Positions 1-12,992 of a stretch of 64,000 bases of DNA are shown here, piece by piece. How positions within the stretch are numbered: the stretch's first letter is position 1; every line of letters starts with the position of its first letter. The translations under genes were made by a program, and so were the position numbers. Source of the stretch: the human T2T-CHM13v2.0 reference genome, Homo sapiens; assembly GCF_009914755.1 (NCBI RefSeq), contig NC_060941.1. One strand, given 5' to 3'. The notes under the pieces are model-generated. The model saw only the letters and a list, made by a program, of their open reading frames with translations. It did no database searches and was not told the DNA's origin.

Positions 1-1522
1 ACTAAGCAAAATAACAAAACTGGAGGATTCGTTTTACCTGACTTCAAATTATACTACAGAGCTATTGTAACCAAAACATTATGCAAGCAAAAAAAAAAAA
101 AAAGACACACAGACAAATGAAACAGAATAGAGAACCTAGAAACAAATCCATACACCCACAGTAAATTCGTTTTTGACAAAATGCCAAGAACATACACTGG
201 GGAAAAGACAGTCTCTTCAATAGATAGTGCTGGGGAAACTGGATGTACATGCAGAAGAATGAAACTGGACCCCTATCTCTCATCATATACAAAAATCAAA
301 TAAAAATTGATTAAAGTCATAAATCTAAGAGCTCTAACTATGAAACTACTACAAGAAACCATTCAGACAACATCTTCAGGACATTGGTCTGGGCAAAGAT
401 TTCTTGAGCAATAATCCACAAGCACAGGCAACCAAAGCTAACATGGACAAATGGGATCACATCAAATTAAAAAAGAATGGGCATATAGCTGTTTTTAACT
501 TCGAGTTAAAAAGCTTCTGCATACTGGGATACAATCAAAAGTGAAGAGCCCACAGAATGGGAGAAAATATTTGCAAGCTACCCATCTGACAAAGGATTAA
601 TAATCACAATATATAAAGAGTTCAGACAACTCTATAGGAAAAAAATGTAATAATCCATTCCAAAAATTGGCAAATTATTTCAATAGACATTTCTCAAAAG
701 AAGACATACAAATGGCAAACAGGCATATGAAAATGTGCTCAACATGATTGATCATCAGAGAGGTGTAAATAAAAACTACAATGAGATATCATCTCATCCC
801 AGTTGAAATGTCTTATATCCAAAAGATAGGCTATCACAAATGCTGGTGAGGATGTGCAGAAGGGAACTCCTTGTACATTGTTGGTAGGAATGTAAATTAG
901 TACAACCAGTATGGTGAACAACTTGGAGGTTCCTTAAAAACCTAAAAATTGAGGTACCTTATGATATAGCAATCCCACTTCTGGCTATATACCTAATGGA
1001 AAGGAAATCAATATATCAAAAAGATATTTGCACTCCTATGTTTGTTGCAGCACTGTTTACAATAGCCACGATTTGGAAGCAGCCTAAGTGTCCATCAACA
1101 GATGAATAAATACAGAAGACGTGGTACGTATATACATTTCTATTCAGACACAGAAAAGAATGAAATCCAGTCATTTGCAACAACGTGGATGGAAATGGAG
1201 ATCATTATCTTAAGTGAAGTAAGCCAGGCACAGAAAGATGAGCATCACATGTTGTCAGTTGTTTTTGGGATCTAAAAATCAAAACAATTGAACTCATTAA
1301 CATAGGGAGTAGAAGGATTGTTACCAGAGGTTGGCAAGGGTAGTGGGGTGCTGACGTGGAGGTGAGTATGCTTACTGGGTCCCAAAAAGTAGAAAGAATG
1401 AGTAAGACCTACTATTTGATAGCACAATAGGTGACTATAGTCAATAAGAACTTAATTGTACGTTTTAAGATAACAAAAAAGAGTATAATTGGATTGTTTG
1501 TAACTGAAAGGATAAATGCTTC
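1..1522 (+). mobile_element. L1 (L1MA1-3-like): 3' part of ORF2 plus 3' UTR, degenerate
   Basis: ORF2 remnants (cctgacttcaaattatactacagagctattgtaaccaaaac; cccacagaatgggagaaaatatttgc) and an L1MA-type 3' UTR (taagacctactatttgatagcacaataggtgactatagtcaataa). Stops and frameshifts throughout; runs off the window start. Confidence 0.9.
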
Positions 1523-1827
1523 AAAGGAAAACAACAACAAAAAATTATCTATGAAAATATCGTTTCTAGATGTATTTAATAAGATACAGGTTTTGAAAAT
1601 GCAAACATTGGCAGCAACACCCAAGGTATATCTGGGATATCTCTGGATGTTTGTATGTACAGAGAAAAAGGAGTCCTAACAGATATAAAGTAATTTTAGG
1701 AAAAAAGAAAATAAAACCTTATCAATCAAAGGGAATATAACCTTACCTTACTGGACTGCTATTGTAATAAACAACTGTGTCGAATGACAGTCTGGAAATT
1801 TCTGTTGATCAAGACAACATAGTAGTT

Positions 1828-2046
1828 TAGGGTCAGCAAACTATGATCTGTAGAACAAATCCTACCTACCATCTATTTTAGTAAAGTTTCATTGGAAGCT
1901 AATTATGCCCATTCTTTTATATTTTGTCTATGGCTATCTTTCGGCTACAAAAGCATAGTCAAGTAGCCGCAGCAGAGATTGTATTGAACATAAAACCAAA
2001 AATATTTATGATATGGTATCTTACAGAAAAACTATGGCAATCTTTG
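1828..2046 (+). mobile_element. MER58A-like hAT-Charlie DNA transposon (MITE)
   Basis: Starts tagggtcagcaaactat; contains aaagtttcattggaa...gtctatggctatcttt...aaaatatttatgatatggtatcttacagaaaaa; ~220 bp, matching MER58A layout. Confidence 0.7.
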
Positions 2047-2049
2047 GTG

Positions 2050-2265
2050 TTAGGTGAGTTTAACAGTCAATCTGGATGGATTCAAATCCCAGCTCTGATG
2101 GATAACCCAAGATATTTATTTTATTTGTTCCTCAGTTTCTTCATCTTTGAAATGAGGATAAAAATAATCCTATCAAAAAGATAGATTTACTGCAAAAATT
2201 AAATAAACTAATAATATATATAAAGTATAAGAACAGTGGCCAGCACATAGTAAGATATAAATGAC
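2050..2265 (+). mobile_element. MIR SINE
   Basis: ggattcaaatcccagctctg, core cctcagtttcttcatctttgaaatgaggataaaaat, and a 3' end with gcacatagtaag. Confidence 0.7.
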
Positions 2266-2439
2266 AGGATCAAGAATTAACATGCTATTTATAGGAGTCC
2301 TGCAACCTGAGAGAGTTTCAATGAAGCTATGAGTTTTCAGCTATGATTCTTTTTCTCAGTTTCAAATTTGAAAGACTGCATGGTTGTCTCCATGACACTT
2401 GGGTAAGAAAAAACTTTGGGCTTAGACTAAATCATGTAG

Positions 2440-2800
2440 TGTATTAGAGTTCATAAAGAAAAATAGAAAAATTAGATATTTCAACATAGATAATTTAATA
2501 CAAGAGATTGGTAAATGAGTGTGGAAATTGGAAAAGTAAAAAGTAAACACTATTATAAATAGTAACTGCTGTTTATGTTAGGTAGCTGCATCCTGCCCCA
2601 CTACCTACCTTTACCATGTTAGATAAAATAAAGAAAAACAGTTGATATTATAACAACCTAGTAGCTTGTAGATGAGGCCATATAGAGTTGAGAAGCACAA
2701 GTAGCCTTATGAAAATGCTACTTTGGTCTCTGAAATGGGTACTACCCAGCTGCTACTGAGAAACCTGAGGGGGAGTAGCAAGGCTGGTTTTGGACATACC
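2440..2800. mobile_element. Old LTR-like fragment (family unassigned)
   Basis: Begins tgtattagagttc and contains aatttaatacaagagattggt, resembling old ERVL/ERV1 LTR ends; highly diverged. Confidence 0.3.
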
Positions 2801-3479
2801 AATAATTAAAATTAAAAACTAAATATGGAAGACATGTAAATGTTTTTAAACAATAAGTAGTGTTTACCAAATGCAAGTCATTGTTGATTATCATTTAATA
2901 ATTCTAAGATCATGCATGAAATTTCAAGAATAAAAGACTCATTTCTAAAAAAGCTGAATGTTTGAGTTACACTTAAAGATACACATTAGATGTTCTTGAA
3001 TGAAACAATATAGCAGAGCCCAATTTAAGAGAGGGTGTCCTCTATTAAAGTTTGTTGTGAAGAAGTGTTATGGAAACAGATTGAACAGTGGAGTTGGAAG
3101 GGAGAAGGGAGATGGATGTATGGCAGTGTTTGGAAAAAAAACTATAATTTTCTTCCTGCTCCAAAGAAGTTACAAAAACAAACACATGTTTAAGAATGAG
3201 GCAGGCTTGGTACCTGTAGGATACAGCTTTATTTTGAAAGTTTTCCCTCTGTCAAAAAAAGAGAAAAGGAAATCAGATAAATCCACAAACTTGAAGCCCT
3301 ATGAAGGAAGGCAATAGACTCCTAACTGTCCTCTTATATCTGTCCTCTCCATGCCAGCTAATTCACTCTCATGTCACATAGACCATGGCACAGTGCTACT
3401 TAAATTGTCATGGAACTTTACATACTATACACAAGACTTCAAATCGTTTCACTTTCTGTTTTAACATAATTACTTAAAC

Positions 3480-3870
3480 TGGCCACTTGCATTTTAGGTA
3501 TTAGTAGCTCACCTTCTCCTGCTTTCCCATAAACACCATTCTGTTTCTGTGCTCACCTAGTACCTTCTGCCTGGAGTGATATCTTTCTCTTTCTTTGGGT
3601 AGGTTGTCTAACTTGTCTTTATATTGTAAGCCTTTGTTTCAGTTTTCCCTGAAGAACCTCTCTGCATTTACCTGCTGTGCTAGGTATTCCTTCTTTATAT
3701 TCCCATTACAAGGTGTGCAAACTTCAAACTTTTCATTATAGCATATCATTGTAATTATTCTTATGGATATTACACTCACTAGAAATAATCAAGAGTGAGA
3801 CTCTTGTTTTATTTCCATCTATGTCCCAAACCAGATAGCACAGTGTTTGACACATAAAGGGCATTCATTT
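3480..3870 (+). mobile_element. L2 LINE 3' end
   Basis: ttctgcctggagtg...tagcacagtgtttgacacataaagggcattca, typical of an L2 3' terminus. Confidence 0.55.
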
Positions 3871-3974
3871 TGAAAGAGCAAAGAGATGGTGGTCTTTTAC
3901 TATTCTCATTTGAGTTTCTGAAATGGGCAGAGGTTTATATGGAGGCCCCCAGAAGATGCTGAGTGTCTTGCTGA

Positions 3975-4000
3975 AACAACAACAACAACAACAACAACAA
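3975..4000. repeat. (AAC)n microsatellite, ~8.5 units
   Basis: Directly visible. Confidence 0.95.
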
Positions 4001-4539
4001 GAAATGCACCACTAGCTACAGCTCGAAATATACCATAAAGTAGGGAAAAGTAGAACATAATGAGTAGGGAAACACACTTCTGCCAGAAGTACTGCTATAG
4101 TGTCAGTTGTCATTAAGGAAAGAAAGGTATTAGGAGTTAATCCATGCTTTTGCGTAATACTTAGGTTGTTGATGATAATAGTTTTCTTATTAACTTCCTT
4201 CTTTTTATTCCTTCATGAGTATTTGGGCTACAACTCCTTAAACAACCTTGAACATTACGAGTTTGCTTTAGTTCACTTATTTAGAGTACTAGAAATGACA
4301 TGCTTTATAGAACTGTAAATGTTGGAGCAAGTGATCTCCTAGTTGACCAGGGTAATTACAACTACTTCCCTATGCTGCAGCTTCTCCCATACCAGCCAAC
4401 AGGGAATCACATCATACTAGGCAAATTTCATCAACTCTTTTATGAAAATTACTTTTCTATTCATTAAAAAATATGGTGAAAAACAAGCTCTTCTGTTGAA
4501 GACTGGCATGGGGAAGGTATAAAGCAAAAAGTTGATTTC

Positions 4540-5150
4540 AGTAATTAATTACATGTGCCAGACCGTGTAATTCATGTATTTACCTATATTATTGCTTATA
4601 ATCCTTGCAACAGCTCATCGATATAAACATTATATCTCCTTTGTAAAGGTATGGAAACTAACAAAGTTTAAATTACTTAAGCTAGATAATCAGTTATCTG
4701 TCTCTGAATGACTATCACAAAAGTTAGTGGCTTAAAACAACTATTTTCCTCCCTCATGATTGTATGGAATGTTTACATCCTTCACATTGTGAAGGATGTG
4801 TATGGATGTTCAGTCTTGTTTCTTCACCTTGTCTCCCTTTGGCCAGTCATGTGGTTATTGTCATCTGGTGGGGGAGGATGGTCTGAGATGGCCTCACCCA
4901 TATGTCTAGCAGTTGGTGATGACAGTAGGTGAGGCCATTTGTTTCCTACAGGCTTAGAGTCTCCTTATGCTAAGGCCAGTTGAATAAAGCAAGTCTCATA
5001 ACCAATCCCAGAGTCAATGAGAGAGGGGACTATGAAAGGACAAGGATGCAGGCAGGCATGAGTCATTGGGAGTCATTACTGTGGAAATCTACACACCTAG
5101 TAAGTGGTGGAACTGGCATACAAACTTATGTTGGTCTGACTTTAAAACGT
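4540..5150 (-). mobile_element. MIR split by an MLT1-family LTR (~4685-5096)
   Basis: MIR - strand pieces (atgtgccagac...aatccttgcaacagc...ggaaactaa, and cctagtaagtggtggaactggcat...gtctgactttaaa) flank an MLT1-type segment (ttagtggcttaaaacaactattt...atctacaca). Confidence 0.55.
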
Positions 5151-5510
5151 ATCCTCCCTATCCTTGTGGTCAGGTATTCATAAATTAGAAAATTCATGCA
5201 TTAAATCAATTTGATGTAATGCTTAAATCATTCAAAGTATTGTTGAGTCAAAGGATATAAAATGCTTCTATGGGTATCTGTATGCAAGATATTCTTAATA
5301 AATAGAAGTTCTTATTAGACATTATTATTCAATATTATTCAACGTGATTTTCTAGCAGTTATCTACTACATTATTTCACAATTATCTACTACACTAGTTT
5401 GAAATAAAAGAATGCAATAGAGACCTCATTAGTTCAAAGAATGTTTTCTATGTTTCTTTGTTGGAATAGCAGAAGTTACTCTAAAACTGGTAGATGCTTT
5501 ATAAGATAAA

Positions 5511-5520
5511 TACACGCATG

Positions 5521-5575
<55 letters not shown>
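5511..5575. repeat. Alternating purine-pyrimidine tract: tacacgcatg(cg)3(ca)~24
   Basis: Directly visible; 65 bp of uninterrupted alternation. Confidence 0.95.
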
Positions 5576-5577
<2 letters not shown>

Positions 5578-5954
5578 TATTAGTCTATTCTCATGCTGCT
5601 AATAAAGACATACCCAGGACGGCATAATTTATGAAGGAAAGAGGTTTAATTGGCTCACAGTTCAACATGACGGGAGAGGCCTCAGGAAACTTACAATCAT
5701 GGTGAAAGGGGAAGCAAACACATCCTTCTTCACATGGTGGCAGCCAGAGAAATGCAGAGTGAAGGACGGGGGAAAGCCCTTTATAAAACCATCAGATCTC
5801 ACGAGAACTCATTTACTATCACGAGAACAGCATGGAGGTAACAGCCCCCAAGATTAAATTACCTCCCACTGGGTCCCTCTCATGACACGTGGGGATTATG
5901 AGAACTACAGTTACAAGATGAGATTTGGGCGGGGGACACAGCCAAACTGTATCA
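5576..5954 (-). mobile_element. Solo THE1 LTR (THE1C/D-like, ERVL-MaLR)
   Basis: tgtattagtc...gccaaactgtatca, 379 bp, TG...CA termini, 5-bp TSD cacac (5571-5575 / 5955-5959). Confidence 0.93.
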
Positions 5955-6039
5955 CACACCCCGGTATAGTTCAGACTGTGCTCAATTTCGTACAAGTTTG
6001 TTTCTGATCACACAAGATATAATGGGTAAAAGTAGTTCT

Positions 6040-6260
6040 CCTCCATCTTTAATATCTGTAGCTCTTGGAATTTAATATAATTGCTTCAGGAGTTGAAAGG
6101 AATAGAGGGCCCTGTGGAGTGGTTCAAATGGCTAAGCCTAGAAAAGGTGTACGTTACTGCCAGGAACATCCCTTGGGCCAGAATCCAGTCATATAACCCA
6201 AATGAACCATATTGTGAAGGATGACATCAACATTTCTTGAGCTATATCAGTATCTGCCAC
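6040..6260 (-). mobile_element. MLT1-family LTR fragment
   Basis: acatcccttgggccagaatccagtcatataaccc...atcagtatctgccaca, typical of old MLT1 in reverse orientation. Confidence 0.45.
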
Positions 6261-6734
6261 AGTATATTGAGGAATGAAAAAGTTCAAGTTTAATCGAAAT
6301 CTGCATATCTAAAATTTCTTAATACTAACCTGAAATTTATAATGCAATTTATACCCCCCTGTTCACATAGGAGTAAGCAGGCATTGTTAGAAGAGGCAAG
6401 ATACTTCTGGAGAAGGTCTTGAATTGGTAAAGTATTTTGAGAAAGTAAAGTATGTCACTATTTAAAATGTTATGCTGTATCACAAAAAGAATTTATTTAT
6501 TATACCAAAAATGCATACTATTTTTAAAGTTAAAAGTTGATGTCGTGACTCAAACTTTCTGTTTCTGTTGCCAATTTATGGTTTGACTGATGAGGAGGGA
6601 AGATACTTGTCCATGGAACCAATATATTTGGTCCTACAGTTGTGAGCAATCTACCAAACTCAATTCTAAGATTGTGGCAAATGAATACATTTTGAAATGT
6701 ATCATCTCACAGGCATTTTTTGGGAAGTTTTTTG

Positions 6735-6990
6735 TAAAGAATGGATTTTGGAGCCCAATAAACCTAGTGTTAATTCTCTCTATTCTACCACTGAATGTTT
6801 CAAGGGCTAAAGAAAGTTGTCATTTCTGGACTTCAGTTTTATTATTATTACAATATAATGGTTCACATGGCCTAATTTTAAAGTGCATGTTTATCTATCA
6901 TTAGGGATGTTATGTTGGACAAGTCACTTCAGTAAAATCCTTCATCAGTAAAACCCTTTGTATGATGGTGAGAATTAAATAAGAATAAAA
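6735..6990 (+). mobile_element. MIR fragments
   Basis: atggattttggagccc...ctggacttcagtttt; ggacaagtcactt...gtgagaattaaat. Confidence 0.45.
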
Positions 6991-7519
6991 GCACAGCTAC
7001 CCCTTAGTCAATCTGGGGAGAAAAAAGAAAAAGAAAAGAACTGCAAAAAGCACTTTGGAGAGGGACTGGTCATTAAATGGATAGGGTTCTATTGCTGAAT
7101 ATGCTGGGAAGTTTGCCTTTACTACATTGAGCTTAGCATCTCACAAACACAATTATACTCTTATTTAGTTCACACAAATCAACTCATTGTAAAATATTTT
7201 AGCATCATTTAAAAGTCAACAGGGATGAAATTTTACAGTCCAAAGTAAAAAGATGCAGTGCTGTAGCTCTAAGTTTGATTTATGTGTACTTTTTATATGT
7301 CTTTGGTACACTTTTTAGATGTCTTTGAGTAGGCCAATGCTTATTAACTTTAATAACAACAGTAGGTTCAATTCACCAGAAAAAAAAAAAAAAAAACTCA
7401 TCCTAATTCCCTGCCTACACTACCCTGTGAGTTATTCTCTGATCCTTCATTTAATGGTAAGTTTTTTATTTCTGTGATGCTATTCTTTATCGTTTTGTTA
7501 TTATCATAGTGCAGAAAAA

Positions 7520-8490
7520 AATTACAACTTTATTGGTTTATACTTTATGTACAATACACTGTACATATATAATGTGTGCAATTGGAAAACTTACGAAGCC
7601 ACCACCACAGTCAAGTCACTAAACATTTTCGGCTGTGTGCGGTGGCTCATGCCTGTGATCCCAGCATTTTGGGAAGTTGAGGCGGTCAGATCATGAGGTC
7701 AAGAGATCAAGACCATCCTGGCCAACATGGTGAAACTGCGTCTCTAATAAAAATACAAAAAGTAGCTGGGCGTGGTGGCTCACACCTGTAATACCAGCTA
7801 CTCGGGAGGCTGAGGCAGGAGAATCACTTGAACCCAGGAGAAAAAAAAAAACAAAAGACACTAAACATTTTCATCACCCACAGATGTTTCCTTTTGCTCC
7901 TTTGTTATTCATCCTTACTCTACTCACATCACTTGATGTCAACTAGTCTCTTTTGTCATTATAAATTGGTTTGTACTTTCTAGAAATTTATATAACTAGA
8001 AACAAACAACATGTACTCTTTGTGTCTGGCTTCTTTCACTCTGCAGAATAATTTTAATATTTATTCATGGTATTACATGTCTCTGTAATTATTTGTATCA
8101 CTGAATGGAATGTATACCACAATTTATTGATACATTGATGGGCATTTGGAGTTTTTGTTGTTTGTGGATATTAAAAATAAAACTGTTATGACATTTTTGT
8201 ATAAGTCTTCATATGAACTTATGTTCTTATTTTTCTTGGATAAATATAGATCATATGTAGATGTATGTATAGCTTTTTATGAAACTGCCAAGTCATTTTC
8301 CAAAGTGAATGTACCAACCCACATTCCTACCATCTGTGTATAAGATTTTCAGTTACTCCACATCCTTGCCAATAATTGATATTTCCTCTCTTTACAATTT
8401 TAGCCATTTTATTATCTGTGTAATAGTATTGATTGTAGTTTTAATTTTTCTTTGATGGATAATAATGTTGAGGATTTTATATATACTGTG
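7520..8490 (-). mobile_element. Old L1 (L1ME/L1MC-like) 3' region, interrupted by an Alu
   Basis: tgtactctttgtgtctggcttctttcact; gaaactgccaagtcattttccaaagtgaatgtacc; ccacatccttgccaat. Confidence 0.7.
7631..7854 (+). mobile_element. AluSc-like, lacking the last ~70 bp of the right arm
   Basis: ggctgtgtgcggtggctca start; gatcatgaggtcaagagatcaagaccatcctggccaac; stops at aacccaggag then an A-tail; TSD aagtcactaaacattttc (7613-7630) / aagacactaaacattttc (7855-7872). Confidence 0.93.
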
Positions 8491-9279
8491 CAGCATATAA
8501 TATTCTCTTAGCAATTGTTAAAGAGAGTTAAATTTAGTTCTACGAAGCCCTTGGAAAGTGTCAGTTTCCTTTTAATTGCTCACAGTTACTTAAATGTGAA
8601 TGATAAAATTCTGATTTATCATATATTAAACTACTGTTACTGAATTTTATTTAAATGAGGTTGTAGTGATCCAAAGAGCTAGTGAATTCTTAAGAAACAA
8701 TGCACCAAAAAGAATTCAGCTATGACATATAGAAGAAATGATCTTATATTGTAACTGTTTTCAGATAGTTGAAATGTTAAACATATATTACTCAGGAAAT
8801 TTGTAGAAAAATCGGTCATACCATTTACCTACATACATATAAGTCTACAAATTACCCATCACATACACGTATATATTACAATTCTATAAATCCTAAATTT
8901 GTATATGTGACTCAATAGGAAAGAAAAAAATAAATAGCATATTTTAGTATTTTAAAGTAGTAGATAATGTGGACTTTTCTATTCAGATTTTCATGGGAAT
9001 GTGGTGGTGAGGAAAAATAAAAATTTGGGAGCCTTGAAAATTTTCAGGGAATTAATACTGTGCTAGTTAAATCATGGTTCTTGGACTAGTAGTCATGTGC
9101 AAGATATTTGAAATACAGAATTTTAGCATCTTCCCTAACTACAGACACTGGATGAGAAAATGCTGCTTATTAAGATACAGAATTTATGTACATGATAAAT
9201 ATTGAGAACCCCTACTGTCAACCACTTGCCTCTCTTTTCTGAATCTAAGAAGGTCATCTCATTTAAGTGTTATTTTCTA

Positions 9280-10330
9280 ATCTTCAGTAATTAGAAAAAA
9301 ATATAAACGGAACCTGAATCTACTATCTTATGTGGCAGGTGATTTGTCTTCTTTCCTATCAAGAAAGACCAAACACAGGAATTACTGTGAATAGTATATT
9401 TCCAATTCATTTCATCCTGGCTTCGCTTGCCTCTGCCTAACTTTGGAGCCCAGCATTTACACTTTGATGAATTAGCCATGTCACTTGCAGCTTTACATCC
9501 AGGGCTCTCCCCAGATACCATTTCAAATTCCTGTTAATTTTATTTTAATCCTGAATTCTGAGTTTGAATGTATACCCAGATCAGCCCTGTCTTTGTTTTC
9601 ACTCACTGGTGTGGATGTAGCATGCCTCCATTAAGCTTTTTATTAACTTGCCTTGTTTTTGTCTCTGGCCTCGTTACCTCACAGTCCTTTATGTTAAACT
9701 GCTAAAGCAGGGACTTTATGTCTAGCTCATTCCATACTGAATTACCTCTCTCTATATTGTTATTCGCTTTCTGTCTTCAACACCTCTCACCCCTGTTTTG
9801 CCCTCTCAGCAATTCTTGCCACTTTGCAGCATGTTCCTGCTTTCAGGTCATTAACATATAAAGTGGAAAAAAATTGGATTTAATATTGACCCCTGTGGTT
9901 CTCTATTTCCCAGTCTTCTGACTCCTAAATATTTTCCATACCCAAATGGTCTTTTTATAACAAATAATCCAATTCTCCCTTTGCTTAAGTGTGGTTTAAA
10001 AGGGGGTTGTACTCTGTTATTTTTAACTATAAAAGCATGATTTAGACAGTCTTTTTGAATTTAGTGAAGTGCAACCCATAAAAGACTGTACTTGGCTTTT
10101 ATACTGGAGGAGCAGGATGCTTAGCTGGCACCACTTGGAACAGGCCTGTGGTAGGATAAAAAGCTGTGAACTGACTTTGCTCCACTACTACTTCTGAGAA
10201 CTTTTGATAGGCAGGCTAGATCTTTCTAAAATGACCAGAGAAAGTCACTACTGAAGAGGTCAGAAAGATAGTTTGGGTCCTCCTTTTCCAAAAAATAATT
10301 CTCATGTCACTATTTCCAAACTAATTCCAA
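9280..10330 (-). mobile_element. Ancient CR1/L3-class LINE, reverse-transcriptase region (fossil)
   Basis: Minus-strand translation with frameshifts gives RT motifs in the expected order: WK..IF..GK..PNY (~10265-10320), PQGSILNPIFF..YVNDL (9844-9898), ARIAERAKQG at the KFADDTKLG position, QFNIKDCEV, DLG and CKAASDMAN. Confidence 0.7.
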
Positions 10331-10548
10331 TGTTCAGACTAGTCAATTTACAAAACTTCCTGGGTTGCTTTTGGCCTTATAACAAATGCAGCATGTAAAT
10401 ACAGTAAATAACATGCATGACTCTGCCACCAAGATTAGGAAGGGAAGTGCTAGAGTAAACTCCCAACAGGGAGAAAATAAGAGCTAGAATCCAAAGGCTA
10501 ATTTAAGATGAGTTATTGAAAGCAGAAGGACCTAGGTTTAAAACTTGA

Positions 10549-10839
<291 letters not shown>

Positions 10840-11329
10840 TGACTTTCTTTGCTTTTTTGTTTATTCCTTTAGAAATTGTACACATATAATTACATTTAAT
10901 TATATATACATATTAAAAATTAAAACCTGTGTTTTTACACAGTATGCCAGTTTCGTGGAATCAGGTATTTTCTTATAATCTGAAATACATAGGGACAAAA
11001 AGCAAGTCTAGGTAATTTAGGAGTCGTTTTGCTTTGATCTCAGAACAATCTTAAAATGATAAAAGAGGACAAAAAAGAGAATTCCTGGTCTTTAAAATGG
11101 ATTCATTATGGTTAATTTACATAATCAGTATAGCTTGCTATCCTGGACAATATATACTTAGAAAAAAAATCATAGTATGTATTCAATTTAAACAGTAATA
11201 TATATTCATTTCAAGGAAGAACATTTTTAATAAAGATGGATTTGCTCATATAGAAGTTCCAGTACTCAGTAAATGTTTATGGAGATAATGAATAAAAAAT
11301 GTATATGTTTCCACCTGAGAAACAGAATG

Positions 11330-12080
11330 GCTTTTATAATAAGCACAGATAGTTAGACATGGTTTTCAATTTCAGTTCAGCCATTAGAAATCCTACGACC
11401 TTAGGCAAGTTACTTATATTTTCTGAGCTTCAGTTTTCTCCTCTGAAACAAAGGGGTGAAAATCATATTTAAAAGAAAGTTTCATTTATAGGTTAAAAAC
11501 CTTAGACGTGAAAAACTAGCTAGCATAGTGCCTAGCTCCAACAGAAATGAGTAAGTGGTAATAGTGTTTGTTTTCACAGTTAATATCATTCATTATGATT
11601 TTTGTTACATGAAAAAATGTTAGAACAGGAAGGATCTTTAAAAACCATGTAGTACCAATACCTGATTTTACAGGGGCGGATATTGAGGATTGATGGGAGA
11701 AAGTGAATGTGTGGTGAGAAGAGAACTGGAATTCATTTCTCCTAACTGCATGGTTCAGGTTCCTAACACTAGATCCATCATAACATGTGAAAGGCATGTT
11801 GCCATGAATCCATGATTCTTAGCATGGGAAAGGAAGGAGATCATTATCCATGACACATTTACTGGAGCAGCCTATCTAGGTTCAAATCCCAGTTGTACCT
11901 CTTGCTAGTCCCAGAAGCAAGTTCTTTAACCTCTTTATGTCTCCTGGACCACATTTCTAAAATGGGGATAATAACAGAAATTAACTCAAAAGTTTGTTGT
12001 GAAGACTGAATAAATTCATTATTTTAAAATATTTGAAACAGTACTTCATAGGTAATAAACATTCATAAACATTCATTGTT
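11330..12080. mobile_element. Cluster of three MIR fragments (+ ~11330-11570, - ~11620-11770, + ~11860-12080)
   Basis: gaccttaggcaagttacttatattttctgagcttcagttttctc; aggttcaaatcccagttgtacc...aaaatggggataataacag. Confidence 0.65.
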
Positions 12081-12758
12081 ATTTCTCTTAAATCCCATTG
12101 CTTAGCAGGCATCTTTTGTTTCTTCATTTTCCTTCATTTCTTAATAAAATCTACTGAGTCTCAACTCTTCGTAGGTTCTTATGTTAAGAAAATTTACACA
12201 AAAAGAGCTCAGTCTTTTCTACTAAAGATTTTGTAACAGAATTGGAGAAACAACTTGGAAAACAATGATTTAAGATCCTTTAAAACACTGAATTTATTTT
12301 CAGGATTGATGTTTTATACATTGATACACTTTCAATTCAAAGTAAAACTTTGTTCAGTAAACAGAATAGGGAATAAAATCATTCTCTTTAAAGACAAAGT
12401 AAATTTTCAGAAAGTATTAGAGAGAGTAGGCATGGTGGGTAGAGGCTATTTTAGATGAGGAGACTACAGGAAAAAGGCAGACTAAGGAAAGCAGCAGTTG
12501 TGAGGAATATTTTTGCAAACAGAAAGCACTACCCTTATGAATTTATCAATAGCTGCTCCGTTGTAGCAAATTAATTATGAAATAATTGACCATAGGTCAA
12601 TGCCACTGTAGGTGTGAAACATATACATACTATTTGACGCATTCACTTTCTTCTTTGTGGGCAGAGTGATTCCCAATTTCAGAGGTGCTCAGTGACATAA
12701 AACTTGCTTTACACTTTTTAAAAATTAACTAAGCTGAATTAAAGGATGGGTTTTCAGT

Positions 12759-12992
12759 GGGAGCTGAATGATGAGAGCACATGGACACAGGGAGGGTAAC
12801 AACACACACTGGGGCCTGTAAGGGGGTGGGGTGGGGGGAAGGAGAGCATTATGAAAAATAGCTAATGCATGCTGGGCTTAATACCTATTTGATGGGTGGA
12901 TAAGGGCAGCAAACCAGCATGGCACACATTTACCTATATAACAAACATGCACATCCTGCACATGTACCCCAAAACTTAAAAATTAAAATAGA
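12759..12992 (+). mobile_element. 5'-truncated L1PA (L1PA8-10-like) 3' UTR
   Basis: gggagctgaatgatgagagcacatggacacagggaggg...acatcctgcacatgtacccc; TSD aaaggatgggttttcagt (12741-12758) / aaagaataggttttcagt (12993-13010). Confidence 0.9.

Noticed and set aside
9291-9521. 76-aa minus-strand ORF as a possible coding exon
   Set aside because: Falls in the CR1 fossil (the CKAASDMAN block resembles the post-RT C.AAAKKAN motif); no splice context or gene similarity.
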